Position numbers and translations under genes: made by a program | IMG/VR virus record: IMGVR_UViG_2830161386_000001 | Location: 96,001-160,000 of that record | From: a virus | Taxonomy: Duplodnaviria > Caudoviricetes | Strand: one strand, 5' to 3' | DNA length: 64,000 bases | The notes under the pieces: model-generated | Told to the model about the DNA's origin: nothing | Database searches by the model: none | The model's input: only the letters and a program-made list of their open reading frames with translations | Part shown: positions 8,407 to 18,300 of the stretch, piece by piece | How positions within the stretch are numbered: position 1 is the stretch's first letter | Layout: each line of letters opens with the position of its first letter

Positions 8407-10248
8407 TTACCGCGCCGACACCCCCGGCGTCTCAAAGTCGCCGGGCGCGGAGTCCGGGTCCCCCGGCGCGACCTCTCCGCCTTGCAGGGTTCCGGCAATT
8501 TGCCGGTCCCGCTGGGACCGCAGGTCGGACTTGCTGCCTGCAAACACGCCGCGGCGGCGGTCTAGGCGCTCGGCGATGGCAGCGTAGTTGAGCACGTGCA
8601 CAAAATCGTCGGTGCCGGTCGACTCGTACTTGATAATTCGGCGAGCGGGGTCGACGTCTGTACTTAAATTGTAGAGATCATCAGCGAAAGGCTTGACTTC
8701 CTCATAACGAGGGAACTCAAATTCTTGATTTTCCAAGTCCACGATGAGCTGATTCAGGGTCCGGGTCTTTGGAATGATCCACTTGAGGCTCTTCTCGTCG
8801 TAGGTCGACCGGGCCTGCCCGGCCCCGCGCTTGTACTGAAACGCCGCGATCCGCTGATGGCCGAAAATCCGCATCAGGCGAAGATCTTCCTTGTACCCAA
8901 TGCCGTAGTCGGCCCCGACCCGGTTTACGTTAAAGAGCCGGATCCACTCGGTGAGCTTTTTCATGACGTGATCCGGGTCGTTGGACTGCTGGCCCCGAAA
9001 CCGGTGGGCAAAAATGAGTTTGAGGTTTCCCCGCACCTTCGCGAACACCGCGAAGATCGTGTAGCTGGGCACCTCCTCGTCGGAGGCCTGCATCGCCCAG
9101 TCTAGCCCCGCGTACGTCTGCCGCCCGCGAAACCGCTTGGCCACCTCCCGGATGCGCTGATCAGAGCTGGGCAGGTCGTAGTCCTCGGTGCAGCTTTTAA
9201 CCATCTCCTCGGTAATCGGCACCGTCCCGGAGTCGTAGGGCAGGGCCATGACCTCGTTGTAAAACCGCCGCTCCGACCAGTCCTCCAGCCGGTCTAAAAT
9301 CCCGTCGTCCCGGTCGGTGCGCCACTGGGCCCACGGCATCATCATTCGCACCACGCGGTACCCATCGTACTTTCCGTCCGGGTTGTGGGCAACCCACTGC
9401 CCATTGGGCGGCACCCGCTGGTCGGCCGTCGACCAGGAGGGGTCGTACATGTCTCGCCCGCAGTGCTCGCAAAACAAGTAGGGGCGGTCCCGGTCCAGGT
9501 GCTCCATCCCGAGCGGGCTGTTCCAGCCGCCTTTCCGCCGATCTCGGCCGTTGGGCCCGGTTTTTCCGGTCGGCTCCGAGCAGTGCGGGCACTGGATGTG
9601 CCACTGGTACTGACGAGACCGATTCCACTGGCGCTCAATCAGGTTTTGCTTCGAGAGGGGCGTCCCGGCGTACACGTAGAAGGCCTGGCGGCGCCCGTCT
9701 TGGCCGTCGAACGTGGCGGCGGTGGACTCAATAACCGGCACGTCCTCCTGCAAGAGGCTTTGAAACTCGTCGAGGTAGATGTCATTGGCCGTGATTCCTC
9801 GGATCCGCTCTGCCCCGCTTGCGCCGCCGGTCGAGCGCAGGGTAATGCGGCTCGTGCCGCGCCCGACCCGAAACTCTTTGACACCGACGTTCCACTTCGT
9901 GTCGTTTGTCGTAAAGGCCTCTTTCAGCTTCTTTCGGTACGTGAACGTCGTTTCCAGCTTCTCGTCGTTGAACGTCCGGAGCTGGGTTGTTGTCGGGGCA
10001 ACCACTAAGGACTTCGATCCGGACTTCATAAGCGAGCGCCCCACGGAAAAATTCCGCAGTGTCGTCGACTTAATCGACTGCCGGGACGTATACAGGAGAA
10101 GCTTGTTGCGAGGCTTGTCGTAAACCGGCTTGTAGAACGGCATCCGGTCCAGGGCCCACCGCCGCCCGTCGTCGGTGGTGAAGATCATCTCGCAAATCTT
10201 ATGAAACGGCAAGTCCCGTGTCGGAAACTGCCGGAGAGACGTGCCCAC
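8407..10248 (-). CDS. terL: Terminase large subunit, GpA family
   Basis: SRQSIKST deviant Walker A, IYLDE Walker B, AGTP, CPHC/CEHC zinc motifs, AGLDW and DDFVH nuclease acidic residues. Confidence 0.88.
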   Translation of the reverse strand: MGTSLRQFPTRDLPFHKICEMIFTTDDGRRWALDRMPFYKPVYDKPRNKLLLYTSRQSIKSTTLRNFSVGRSLMKSGSKSLVVAPTTTQLRTFNDEKLETTFTYRKKLKEAFTTNDTKWNVGVKEFRVGRGTSRITLRSTGGASGAERIRGITANDIYLDEFQSLLQEDVPVIESTAATFDGQDGRRQAFYVYAGTPLSKQNLIERQWNRSRQYQWHIQCPHCSEPTGKTGPNGRDRRKGGWNSPLGMEHLDRDRPYLFCEHCGRDMYDPSWSTADQRVPPNGQWVAHNPDGKYDGYRVVRMMMPWAQWRTDRDDGILDRLEDWSERRFYNEVMALPYDSGTVPITEEMVKSCTEDYDLPSSDQRIREVAKRFRGRQTYAGLDWAMQASDEEVPSYTIFAVFAKVRGNLKLIFAHRFRGQQSNDPDHVMKKLTEWIRLFNVNRVGADYGIGYKEDLRLMRIFGHQRIAAFQYKRGAGQARSTYDEKSLKWIIPKTRTLNQLIVDLENQEFEFPRYEEVKPFADDLYNLSTDVDPARRIIKYESTGTDDFVHVLNYAAIAERLDRRRGVFAGSKSDLRSQRDRQIAGTLQGGEVAPGDPDSAPGDFETPGVSAR

Positions 10249-10353
10249 CAGATAAAAGCAAGCTATTGGGCCAGCTGCGGCCAGAGGATGTGATGAAGGG
10301 GCTTTCTGTATGCAATGTAGAAGGCCATCGCCGCTTCGTTGAGGCCTGTCGAC

Positions 10354-10398
10354 AAAAAAAGACCCCCACCCGGCCTATTACGGCGTTGGGCGAGGGTC
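10354..10398 (-). terminator. Intrinsic terminator
   Basis: Minus strand gaccctcgccc...gggtgggggtc followed by T7. Confidence 0.65.
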
Positions 10399-10806
10399 GA
10401 CGCGGTTTTCACCGCCCATGTTGAGCATCTCTTGCAGCTCCCGGTACGAGGGCGGAAAGGAGTCCTTGTGCATCTCGTGATCCCGGGCGGCATTGGCCAT
10501 CATCCGGACGAAATGGCGAGCCGGCAGGTTTTTATGCTGCTCGTAGAGGCCCCGGTGCATGACCGTCATCGTCAGAAACTCCCCCAAAGGGACCTTTGAG
10601 AGAGCTCTATCGTCCGTGGCCGCTTCCCGGATCAGCTGCACGCCGCGCCAAAACGCCTTTGTGCCATGTTTTTCGAGACCAATCGACATGGCCACGATCA
10701 CTGGCTCGTCTTGGGGGGTGACCCGCTCGATATCAATTCCGTTGCGGGTCACCCGGATCTGAATCTCAAATTCGTGAATCTCCGTGTTCGTCGTTTCGCT
10801 TGCCAT
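10378..10806 (-). CDS. Hypothetical protein, IRVTRNGIDI paralog family
   Basis: Start re-called to MASETT; shares EIxIRVTRNGIDIE with 11346..11696. Confidence 0.7.
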   Translation of the reverse strand: MASETTNTEIHEFEIQIRVTRNGIDIERVTPQDEPVIVAMSIGLEKHGTKAFWRGVQLIREAATDDRALSKVPLGEFLTMTVMHRGLYEQHKNLPARHFVRMMANAARDHEMHKDSFPPSYRELQEMLNMGGENRVDPRPTP

Positions 10807-10820
10807 CGTTTGAATTGAGT

Positions 10821-11315
10821 TTAGTAAGCAGAAAGCGCGTGTTTTTTCGCTTCCTTCTCCAGCTTCATAAGCTCCCGGAGGCGCGGGGCGTCTAAAAACG
10901 ACTTCTCGACCTGGTAGGGGCCGCATTTCAGGACTCCTGGGCCGCGGGCCCAGTTTACAAGCGCCTCCGACTGGAGCTGGAAGGCAAGCTCCTCCCCGCT
11001 GGTAACGTCGGTGAAGGCGGGAAGCCCCATTTCGGTTTGGAGGCCTTCTGGAAGCAGTCCAAACCGGTCAAGAACCTCGTAATACTCCTCGGCCACAGCC
11101 CGGCCGCCTTCCTCTCGCATAACGCGAATGCGCTCGCCGATGCGGTCGGCCACCTCCTTTGAACTTTCTCCTGCGTGGGGAATTTGCTCCCGGCGCGTCT
11201 TGGGGTGGATATGGTTTATGATTGCAATTGCCGTGTCCCAGCCAGGCCACATGCCCGGCACGTCGACGCCCGTCCTCGACACTTGTACGATTAGTTGCGG
11301 CTCGTAAATGCTCAT
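10821..11315 (-). CDS. Hypothetical protein, divergent member of the same family (VQVSRTGVDV)
   Basis: 164 aa; N-terminal motif similarity to both neighbours. Confidence 0.65.
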   Translation of the reverse strand: MSIYEPQLIVQVSRTGVDVPGMWPGWDTAIAIINHIHPKTRREQIPHAGESSKEVADRIGERIRVMREEGGRAVAEEYYEVLDRFGLLPEGLQTEMGLPAFTDVTSGEELAFQLQSEALVNWARGPGVLKCGPYQVEKSFLDAPRLRELMKLEKEAKKHALSAY

Positions 11316-11345
11316 AGGAAACGTGGGTTTATTGAGAGAAGCTAC

Positions 11346-11696
11346 TTACTTCTTGTATTCTGGCTTCTTGTAGTCCGGGTAGCGCTCGTGACGGTACACG
11401 GTACTGCCGATCACGGCCCAGCTTTTGACCCACGTCCGAAGCTGCTCGTGCCAGTCCCGGACAAGGGTGCCGTTTCTCGTGATAAGCTCGCCCAAGCCCC
11501 GCTCTTGCAGAAGGCTCACAAGCCGCTCCTCCCGGCCGAGGTGGGCGTCCCGGAGGGCTCGACCGATCGTGCGCCTCGGCTGGGGCCACTGCTGGTCCAG
11601 GTCGTCTAAGATCTCAAACTCGTCGGCCCGCAGGTCCCGCTCGGCCGACTCGATATCGATTCCGTTGCGGGTCACGCGAATCTCGATTTTAAGCAT
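11346..11696 (-). CDS. Hypothetical protein, IRVTRNGIDI paralog family
   Basis: Start re-called to MLKIEIRVTRNGIDIE. Confidence 0.7.
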   Translation of the reverse strand: MLKIEIRVTRNGIDIESAERDLRADEFEILDDLDQQWPQPRRTIGRALRDAHLGREERLVSLLQERGLGELITRNGTLVRDWHEQLRTWVKSWAVIGSTVYRHERYPDYKKPEYKK

Positions 11697-11736
11697 ATCA
11701 CTATTGCAGCAAGTGAGTGAAAGTAGGCGCAAAACA

Positions 11737-11764
11737 GAAAAGCCGCCCCGAGTCGGGGGCGGCT
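11737..11764 (-). terminator. Intrinsic terminator
   Basis: agccgcccc(cgactc)ggggcggct followed by ttttctg on minus strand. Confidence 0.75.
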
Positions 11765-11776
11765 GGCCTGCCTCTC

Positions 11777-11792
11777 AGTCCCAGCTGGGATT
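11777..11792. repeat. 16-bp palindrome copy
   Basis: agtcccagctgggatt, 3' of the stop at 11826. Confidence 0.95.
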
Positions 11793-11825
11793 CAGCTAGG
11801 CGTTAAAAAAATGCTCAGCAAAGAG

Positions 11826-14800
11826 CTACTCCGTCATGTCCACGTCGGTGTCCCCCTGGTCGTGGTCCATCGTCTCGGGGTCGATGTCCTGCATGTCCGG
11901 CGTGGACTGGACGTCCGGGGAGCCCATCTCCATTTCCTCCGGCATCTCCGGGTCCGGCATGTCAAAATCGAACCCTTCTTCGAAAAGGGATGGCTCGTCT
12001 TCTGCCGTAGTTATGGTGCCGTTCTGGTCGGCATATTTGCGTTTCTGAGCGGGCTGCTGGCCGCCTGAGCGGTTTACGTAGCTGTAGCCCCCGTACCCGG
12101 CGGCCCCGGTCAAGCCCGCTCCTATGATCGCGTCACTCATCTGACTGGCCCGCGCCTGGCCGGAAAGCGGAACCCGAAACTCCGTGTCCGTGCCGCCTGT
12201 CGATTCGGCCCGAGAAAGGTCCACCGGGCTCACCTCCGACACCGCGTTGGCGTCGGTCGTGTCCGCGACGCCGGGCATTTTATTCGGCACCTCCAGCTCG
12301 TCTCCACCGGATTTGATGCCGGGCACGAGCCGCCGGCCCTCGTCGGTCGCGACCTCCCACATCTCGGGCCCGTCGCCGTTTCCGGCAAACACGACATTAT
12401 CCCCGTTCATGTCCGGCCCGTTGAGCTTTTCCGGGCGGGCCCGGACCGTCGGGTTCGGAACCCCATCCACGTCTTGAAGGAAGTTCTCAAACTTGCTCGG
12501 AGAGGGTGCGTCGGTCTTATTCGCGAACTGGACAAACGCGTCCGCTACCTTTTTTTTAGAAGCCTCTTTTCGCTGGGCACTTGCCGCAGCGGATTCCTTG
12601 GAGAAAAGCCCAAAGAAGCGGTTGTCTTTTGCCTTCTGGGCCAGCTCGTCGAACGACTGGTTTGTGTCGGAAATCTCGTCGGCCACCCCTTCCATTCGGT
12701 CCATAAATTCGTCCGCCCTGGAGGTCCCCTCATCTACGTTTCGGCGCACGTTTCCGAGATCCTCCGCCGCGCTTTGCATATCGCGGAAGGCCTGGTCTGC
12801 CTCGTCCATGGTCCGCTTCGCCTGTCGGCCGAGGTCCCGGGCGCGCCCGGCAAGTTCCCGCCCGCCGCGAATGGCCGCCGGGCCTGCTGCTCCAAGCGCC
12901 CCACCAACAGCGCCGGACCGGGCGAGCCGGTACGGGTCAATCCGCTCTTGCCGGCCGGAGCGGATTTCTCCCCTTTGCTTCGCGTAGTTGAGGCCAGTTC
13001 CGGCCGCCCCGCCTGCAAGCCCGCCGCCAACCGCAGCAAGTGGCACGGCGCTTTTGCCCATGCTGGCTCTCTTTGTTTGCGGGCCGCTCCCCGGCGGCAT
13101 CTCTTCAAGGGCCTGGTTTCGCACTTCATCGTTCAGGCTTTGTGTCGGCTCTGGGTCTTCGGTAAGCTCGTCACTTAAATGCCGAGCACCCTGGTATGCA
13201 CCGTATCCGCCAAGGGCCGCTCCTCCAAGAATCAATGGCGATGCCGCACCGGGTTTGAGGTCCAACTTTGAAGCAAGCCCCGCAGCTCCAGCCCCACTAA
13301 CTGCTCCACCAGATAGCGCCCCCAATGCACCGTTTAGGCTTTTTGCCTGCTCTTTGCGGCGGCGACGACGACGATTTTCCGTTCGTTTTTGGGCAAGTTC
13401 TTTTGCACTTGCGTCCAGCTCTGGACTAGCTGGTCGAGAGGCTTTTACCCCCCCACCAATTTGACGCTGAACATAAGTACCATCTGGGCGCATTGTTACC
13501 GCAGAATCAGCCGGCATTCCCGATACAAGTGGCCGCCGCTCACTGGACGCCTCTTTATGGACATCTACCGGCTTTTGATCGGTCTTCTCCCAGTCCCCCT
13601 CTCGGATTTTCTCTCGAACCGCGTCGGGACGCTCGGTCCACGAGGCGTCATCGGTCGAGAGCTCAACCGTATTGTCTCCGACCCCCTCGACGGTTACCAT
13701 CTTGTCGTTCAGATGCGAGTAGTACTTGCGCTGCGCGATAATTGGCGGAGACGTGCTCCCAGTTTTTTCCTCGACAAACTCCTCTGCGCTTACGTTTTCG
13801 GGGCTATAATACTCGATTGTGTCCATATTCAGCCTAGCTTCGCTTCCGCCTAGAATCCCGCCAAGAGATCCTGCAAGACCCCCGCCTATCATGCCTTCCG
13901 CCGGATTCATATCTATCTTCCGGACCGCTCTCGCTCCACCAGCGCCCCCAAGAACGAGTCCTCCAGCAAGCCCTACGAGCGGAAGAGCGTCTCGAATCGG
14001 TTCTGTAATTTGCTCGTTTTTGTGCTCAGCAACGAGCCTATCGGAATCTTCGTGCGCCGTAAGCGGTACGTATCCAGTCATGTTGCCGCTCCGGATGTTT
14101 CTGCGGGGGGCCTCATCAACACCGCCCTTCATTTCCGATACGCTTGAGGCCGTCTGGTTTGGGGGCGTGTACTTGTGCGGCTCCCCAAACCCGTACTCGT
14201 ATGTGGGCGTGGCGCTGGCCTGCTCGTCCATATATTCGGCCCGCTCCTTAACAAAATCCGGGCCGCGGCGACTCCACGTTGATATCATCCGTGCTTTCGT
14301 CGGGTCCTCCGCGCTTACGCTTTCGGAGTAGCTATCAAAAGCAGTTTTTTCCTTGCCCTTACTAAAAGATGCCTCTTTTGCGCCAAATACGGGCCGATAC
14401 GCCGTTGACCCGTCCTCGCGCTGAACCTCTTCCGTCCCAGTGACAATTTGCTCTGAGGGGCCTTCAATCTGTCGCCCGAGTCCAGCCCCACTATATCCCC
14501 CTGCAACCGCAAGCGCGGGAATTCCAATTGCTGCCGCAACCGGCTCATATCGACGTGGAACCGCTCGCGTTAGTCCCGCTCCCGCAGCCCCGCCTGCAAG
14601 GCCCCCTCCCATTGCCCCGGGCAGCTCGGCTCCAGTAGACGCTTCAACTTCTCCCATATCCCGCGCCTCTGCTCGGGTATGGTACCCCTTTTGGGACGCC
14701 TCCTTTCCCACGCCTGGCGGCGCAACGTCTCGGAGCGTTGGGCCTGACGGCTCTGTTTTTCCAATTAGCTTTCGGACTTGTGGCCCTAAAGACGCCCCCG

Positions 14801-15353
14801 CACCTGCGCCCAGCGTTGCCCCCATAGCGACTTGCCCCCCTTTTGAGTCAGCAATATAGTCAAACGTATCGGTGCCATACCCCAGGCCCGCTCCAGCACC
14901 TATGCCTATTGCTTCATCTGCGAGATAGGTTTTAGCCGACCCCTCTTTTTGCCCCGTGACGCGGCGCACCTCGTCTTCTCCCATCACGTACACATCGGCC
15001 TTAACGGAGTCCATCCCAAGGCGATCTGCCGCTAAAACCCGGTGGTGCCCGTCCATGAGATGATGATCCCCCTCAATCCGGACGACTTGCACCGGGTCTT
15101 CCTCCCACTCCTCGACGTTTGAGAGCATCCAGCCGAGCTTTTCGACGTCGTAGGTCCCTTGGGCCCCGTAGTCAATCTTGCCCAGCGATAGGTCTTTTTC
15201 GGTTTGCTCCGGGCTACGGTGGTTCATAATTTTCTTCCGCCGGTGGAGCGTTACGAGCGGCGACTTGTCGAGGCGCTCAATCGGGGCGGTGCTGTCGCGG
15301 GACTTCCCGCTACCGGGGCCGCCGCTGGATTTAAGAAGTGTAGGTCGGTCCAT
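11826..15353 (-). CDS. 1175-aa modular protein: N-terminal ParB/Srx-like domain plus multiple glycine-zipper modules (putative polyprotein)
   Basis: PVQV..HHLMDGHHRVLAA..G...V.A ParB-N signature near 14980-15190; KEAS x4, EKTAF, KSAV motifs; GxxxG arrays. Confidence 0.65.
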   Translation of the reverse strand: MDRPTLLKSSGGPGSGKSRDSTAPIERLDKSPLVTLHRRKKIMNHRSPEQTEKDLSLGKIDYGAQGTYDVEKLGWMLSNVEEWEEDPVQVVRIEGDHHLMDGHHRVLAADRLGMDSVKADVYVMGEDEVRRVTGQKEGSAKTYLADEAIGIGAGAGLGYGTDTFDYIADSKGGQVAMGATLGAGAGASLGPQVRKLIGKTEPSGPTLRDVAPPGVGKEASQKGYHTRAEARDMGEVEASTGAELPGAMGGGLAGGAAGAGLTRAVPRRYEPVAAAIGIPALAVAGGYSGAGLGRQIEGPSEQIVTGTEEVQREDGSTAYRPVFGAKEASFSKGKEKTAFDSYSESVSAEDPTKARMISTWSRRGPDFVKERAEYMDEQASATPTYEYGFGEPHKYTPPNQTASSVSEMKGGVDEAPRRNIRSGNMTGYVPLTAHEDSDRLVAEHKNEQITEPIRDALPLVGLAGGLVLGGAGGARAVRKIDMNPAEGMIGGGLAGSLGGILGGSEARLNMDTIEYYSPENVSAEEFVEEKTGSTSPPIIAQRKYYSHLNDKMVTVEGVGDNTVELSTDDASWTERPDAVREKIREGDWEKTDQKPVDVHKEASSERRPLVSGMPADSAVTMRPDGTYVQRQIGGGVKASRPASPELDASAKELAQKRTENRRRRRRKEQAKSLNGALGALSGGAVSGAGAAGLASKLDLKPGAASPLILGGAALGGYGAYQGARHLSDELTEDPEPTQSLNDEVRNQALEEMPPGSGPQTKRASMGKSAVPLAAVGGGLAGGAAGTGLNYAKQRGEIRSGRQERIDPYRLARSGAVGGALGAAGPAAIRGGRELAGRARDLGRQAKRTMDEADQAFRDMQSAAEDLGNVRRNVDEGTSRADEFMDRMEGVADEISDTNQSFDELAQKAKDNRFFGLFSKESAAASAQRKEASKKKVADAFVQFANKTDAPSPSKFENFLQDVDGVPNPTVRARPEKLNGPDMNGDNVVFAGNGDGPEMWEVATDEGRRLVPGIKSGGDELEVPNKMPGVADTTDANAVSEVSPVDLSRAESTGGTDTEFRVPLSGQARASQMSDAIIGAGLTGAAGYGGYSYVNRSGGQQPAQKRKYADQNGTITTAEDEPSLFEEGFDFDMPDPEMPEEMEMGSPDVQSTPDMQDIDPETMDHDQGDTDVDMTE

Positions 15354-15392
15354 TAGTCAAGTCTTGCTTTGTAGGGCGCTTGCCCAGTCTAT

Positions 15393-18300
15393 CTACAAGC
15401 GGGGAATATCTAGCTCATTATCGACTTCGCGCTTGTACTGCTTGTACCGGGGCTTCGCGAGCACATAGGCGTCTTTGAGGCGCTTTTTCTCCCCAATGAT
15501 GCGCCCTCGGTCCTCCGGCGTTAGCTCCTCGTTTGCCCGGTCGAAGCTCTCAACGCGCTCGTCAACGTGGGGGCCGTGGCCAACGACTACGTCCATATCA
15601 TCGCCGTCAACGGTGCCGGACATAACGTACACTCCGTCTCGAAAACGGTTGTACGGGCTGCTTTCCAGGTCGGTAAACTTCTCCCGCACCTCCTCAATTT
15701 TGCTTCGGTACTCCTCGTCGCTGCCAGTTGGAATCGTGACGTCGATGTCAGAATCGTCATCGGGGACGTTAATGCCAAGTCCCATCGAGCCGTGCAGGCG
15801 CACCTTTTCGCCGAAGAGGTCTTTAAGCCGGTCTTGATCCGGCGCCTCCTCCTCTGCTCGCCGGGCCAGGTCTCGAAGCTCCTCTTTGTCTAGGTCCAGG
15901 TTCCCGTACACCTGATCTCGGAGCTTCGATACTGCCGACATGACCGTATCTGGGGCAGCAGTTTTCTCCTTTGCTGATTCGTTCAAATGTTGATACGCGC
16001 CACCAGCTAACGCCACGCCTCCTGCTCCGAGTGCCGCTCTAATACTGCCTTTATTCATCCGTTGAGCATTTCTGCCCAACCGCCCCGCCTCTTGACCCAC
16101 CTCGTAAGTCTGCAAGTACATTTTACGCAATTCACGTTCTTCTGGCGTAAACCCGTTTCCAAAACGAGAATTAGCCAGGTTTTGAGCCCGGTCCCACGCT
16201 CGCCGCTCTTCTCGTACTAAAGACGAATCAGGGTTTTTGCCCATTAGATCCTGCAAAACACCAGCTTGATCAGACTTCAACTTCTTGGTTTCTTTGAACC
16301 CTTCCAGCTCCCCATCAAAATCTTTGAAGTTCTTAAAGTGTCCAAGCTCATGCAAAAAACCAGCTCGATTTGAAGGCTCACTAACCATTATTCTTAGACT
16401 TTCTGAATCAGGTGTGATTGAGCCGGTGGCCGAATCTGATATACCAAATGCATCTTGTTTCCCTTTAACGACTTCGCCCGCAAAACCTTCTTGCCTCGCT
16501 AGATCCGTTGCCGCCTCAATGTTAGGGGCATCAGGCGCCGAACGCTCTAAATGTCTTGCTCGTGATCTCACTTCTCGCTTTAGATCGTTTTTGAGATTCT
16601 TCTGTGCCTCATCATAGTAAATGTGACCACCACGCATTGCCAAAGAGCCCGCCCCGAGGGCGCCTGCCGCAGCGCCGGCAGCCTCATCAACCTCAATTGA
16701 ATCGCTACCAGAAAATCCTTCGTTTTTATCGTCTACCGCCCCCTCTTTTTCGGCAAGATAGGCTCCTCCCGCCAAAGCCGGAGCCCCAACCATCCCAGCT
16801 CTCCCGGAACGGCTCAACCCCCGCCCCACTGACTCCAAACCTGATTGAACTTGCTTCAAGGGTTGCCGAAGAACGCTATCATAAGATTGGGCTGAGCCCT
16901 TTGTCCCTTCTACCATGCGGTGATAAGAGAGCTCTTGAAAAACGTCATGTGCCGCCCCTCCTGACCCCTTCATAATCTTAGATTGCTCCTCTGGCGCAAG
17001 CGATTTCAGGTCCTCCACGCTTGAGACGTCATAGCCCATTTTTTGCGCCTTCCCGAGATAGTTTTGCAAATGGGCCTCACGTCCGTTCAGATCGGAAGGG
17101 TCAGTATCCGAAGAAACACCAAGAGCTTCTTGTACTACGTGCTGAGCATCTTCAGCAACATTTCCGCCTGAAGACCCTGATTCTTGAATGGCTTTCTCTA
17201 CCTTCTCAGACAGGCTGCGAATTGACTCGTCAGGAACGTCATTATATTTGAATCCTTTTTTCAGCTCTTCATCTAGGGCGCTCATATAGTCTTCTCCACT
17301 TGCAGCCCGATTTTGCGCTGCCATTCGTGCTCCAATAAGGCGCTTACCCGTGTCTTCGACTGGATCGTCAAAGCTCTCTCCGTAAAACTGCGCGTGTCCG
17401 AATATCGGCCCTTTTTCAAACGCATCGTAGTGCGCCCGTTCAGCAGTTTGCGGCAACCCAGTCTGGTCTGAGAAATTCCGCATTGCCGGATTGTTAATAG
17501 CAGACATCATATCTGCCCCCGACACCTCACGTCCAGATATAGGAACTCGAAACTCTTTCTCTCGAAGGGTTCTTGATCCCGACTCAAAGTACTGATTCAT
17601 TGCCCGGGTGGGATCGTCAATATTTCTCATGCCCCCTACTTCCTCAAACGAATTAAGCCCTTTTTCTGTGACCAGTTTTGCACGGTCGGATTCAGGAAGG
17701 CGCTTTCCAGCAGCGTCCGTTGCTTTCCCCCCGGCCATGCCCACACCAGAAGCTAAACCAGTTTCTTCTTCTGAAAGCTGGTCGTCACCTAAGTCAATGC
17801 CACTAAGAGATAAGTCGTTTAATCCCAGCTGGGACTGAGGGGCCGCTTCTTTTTCTGCCTCTTCCTTTCTTTTTTCTGCTTCTTCCTCCAGAAGCTTAAT
17901 CAGCTGGTCGCTCAGTTCCTGCTTCTCTTTTGCGAGACCCTGAATGTACTCCTCGACCGAACCGGTCATGGTTTTGTCCCCGCCGAACACCGACCGGACG
18001 GCGTTGGACACCGATTTTTCGGGAAGCTCGGAGACATACCGTTTCACGTCGACTTGCCGCTCCTCCTCCGGTAGGCCCTCATGGCTTTTGTACCGGTCGG
18101 CGCGGGCAACCACCTGGTTGATCTTCTGCTCGTTCCAATGGGGCTCCATCACGTGAATCTCGTTTACCGCGTCGAGGTCAAGCCCCTCCCCGCCGGCCGA
18201 CGACATCACGAGGGTAGAGAGTTCTCCTTCGTTAAAGCGGCGCACGTCTTCTTCACGCTTGGACTGAGACGTGCTTCCGGTATACTCCCCGTAGTCAACG

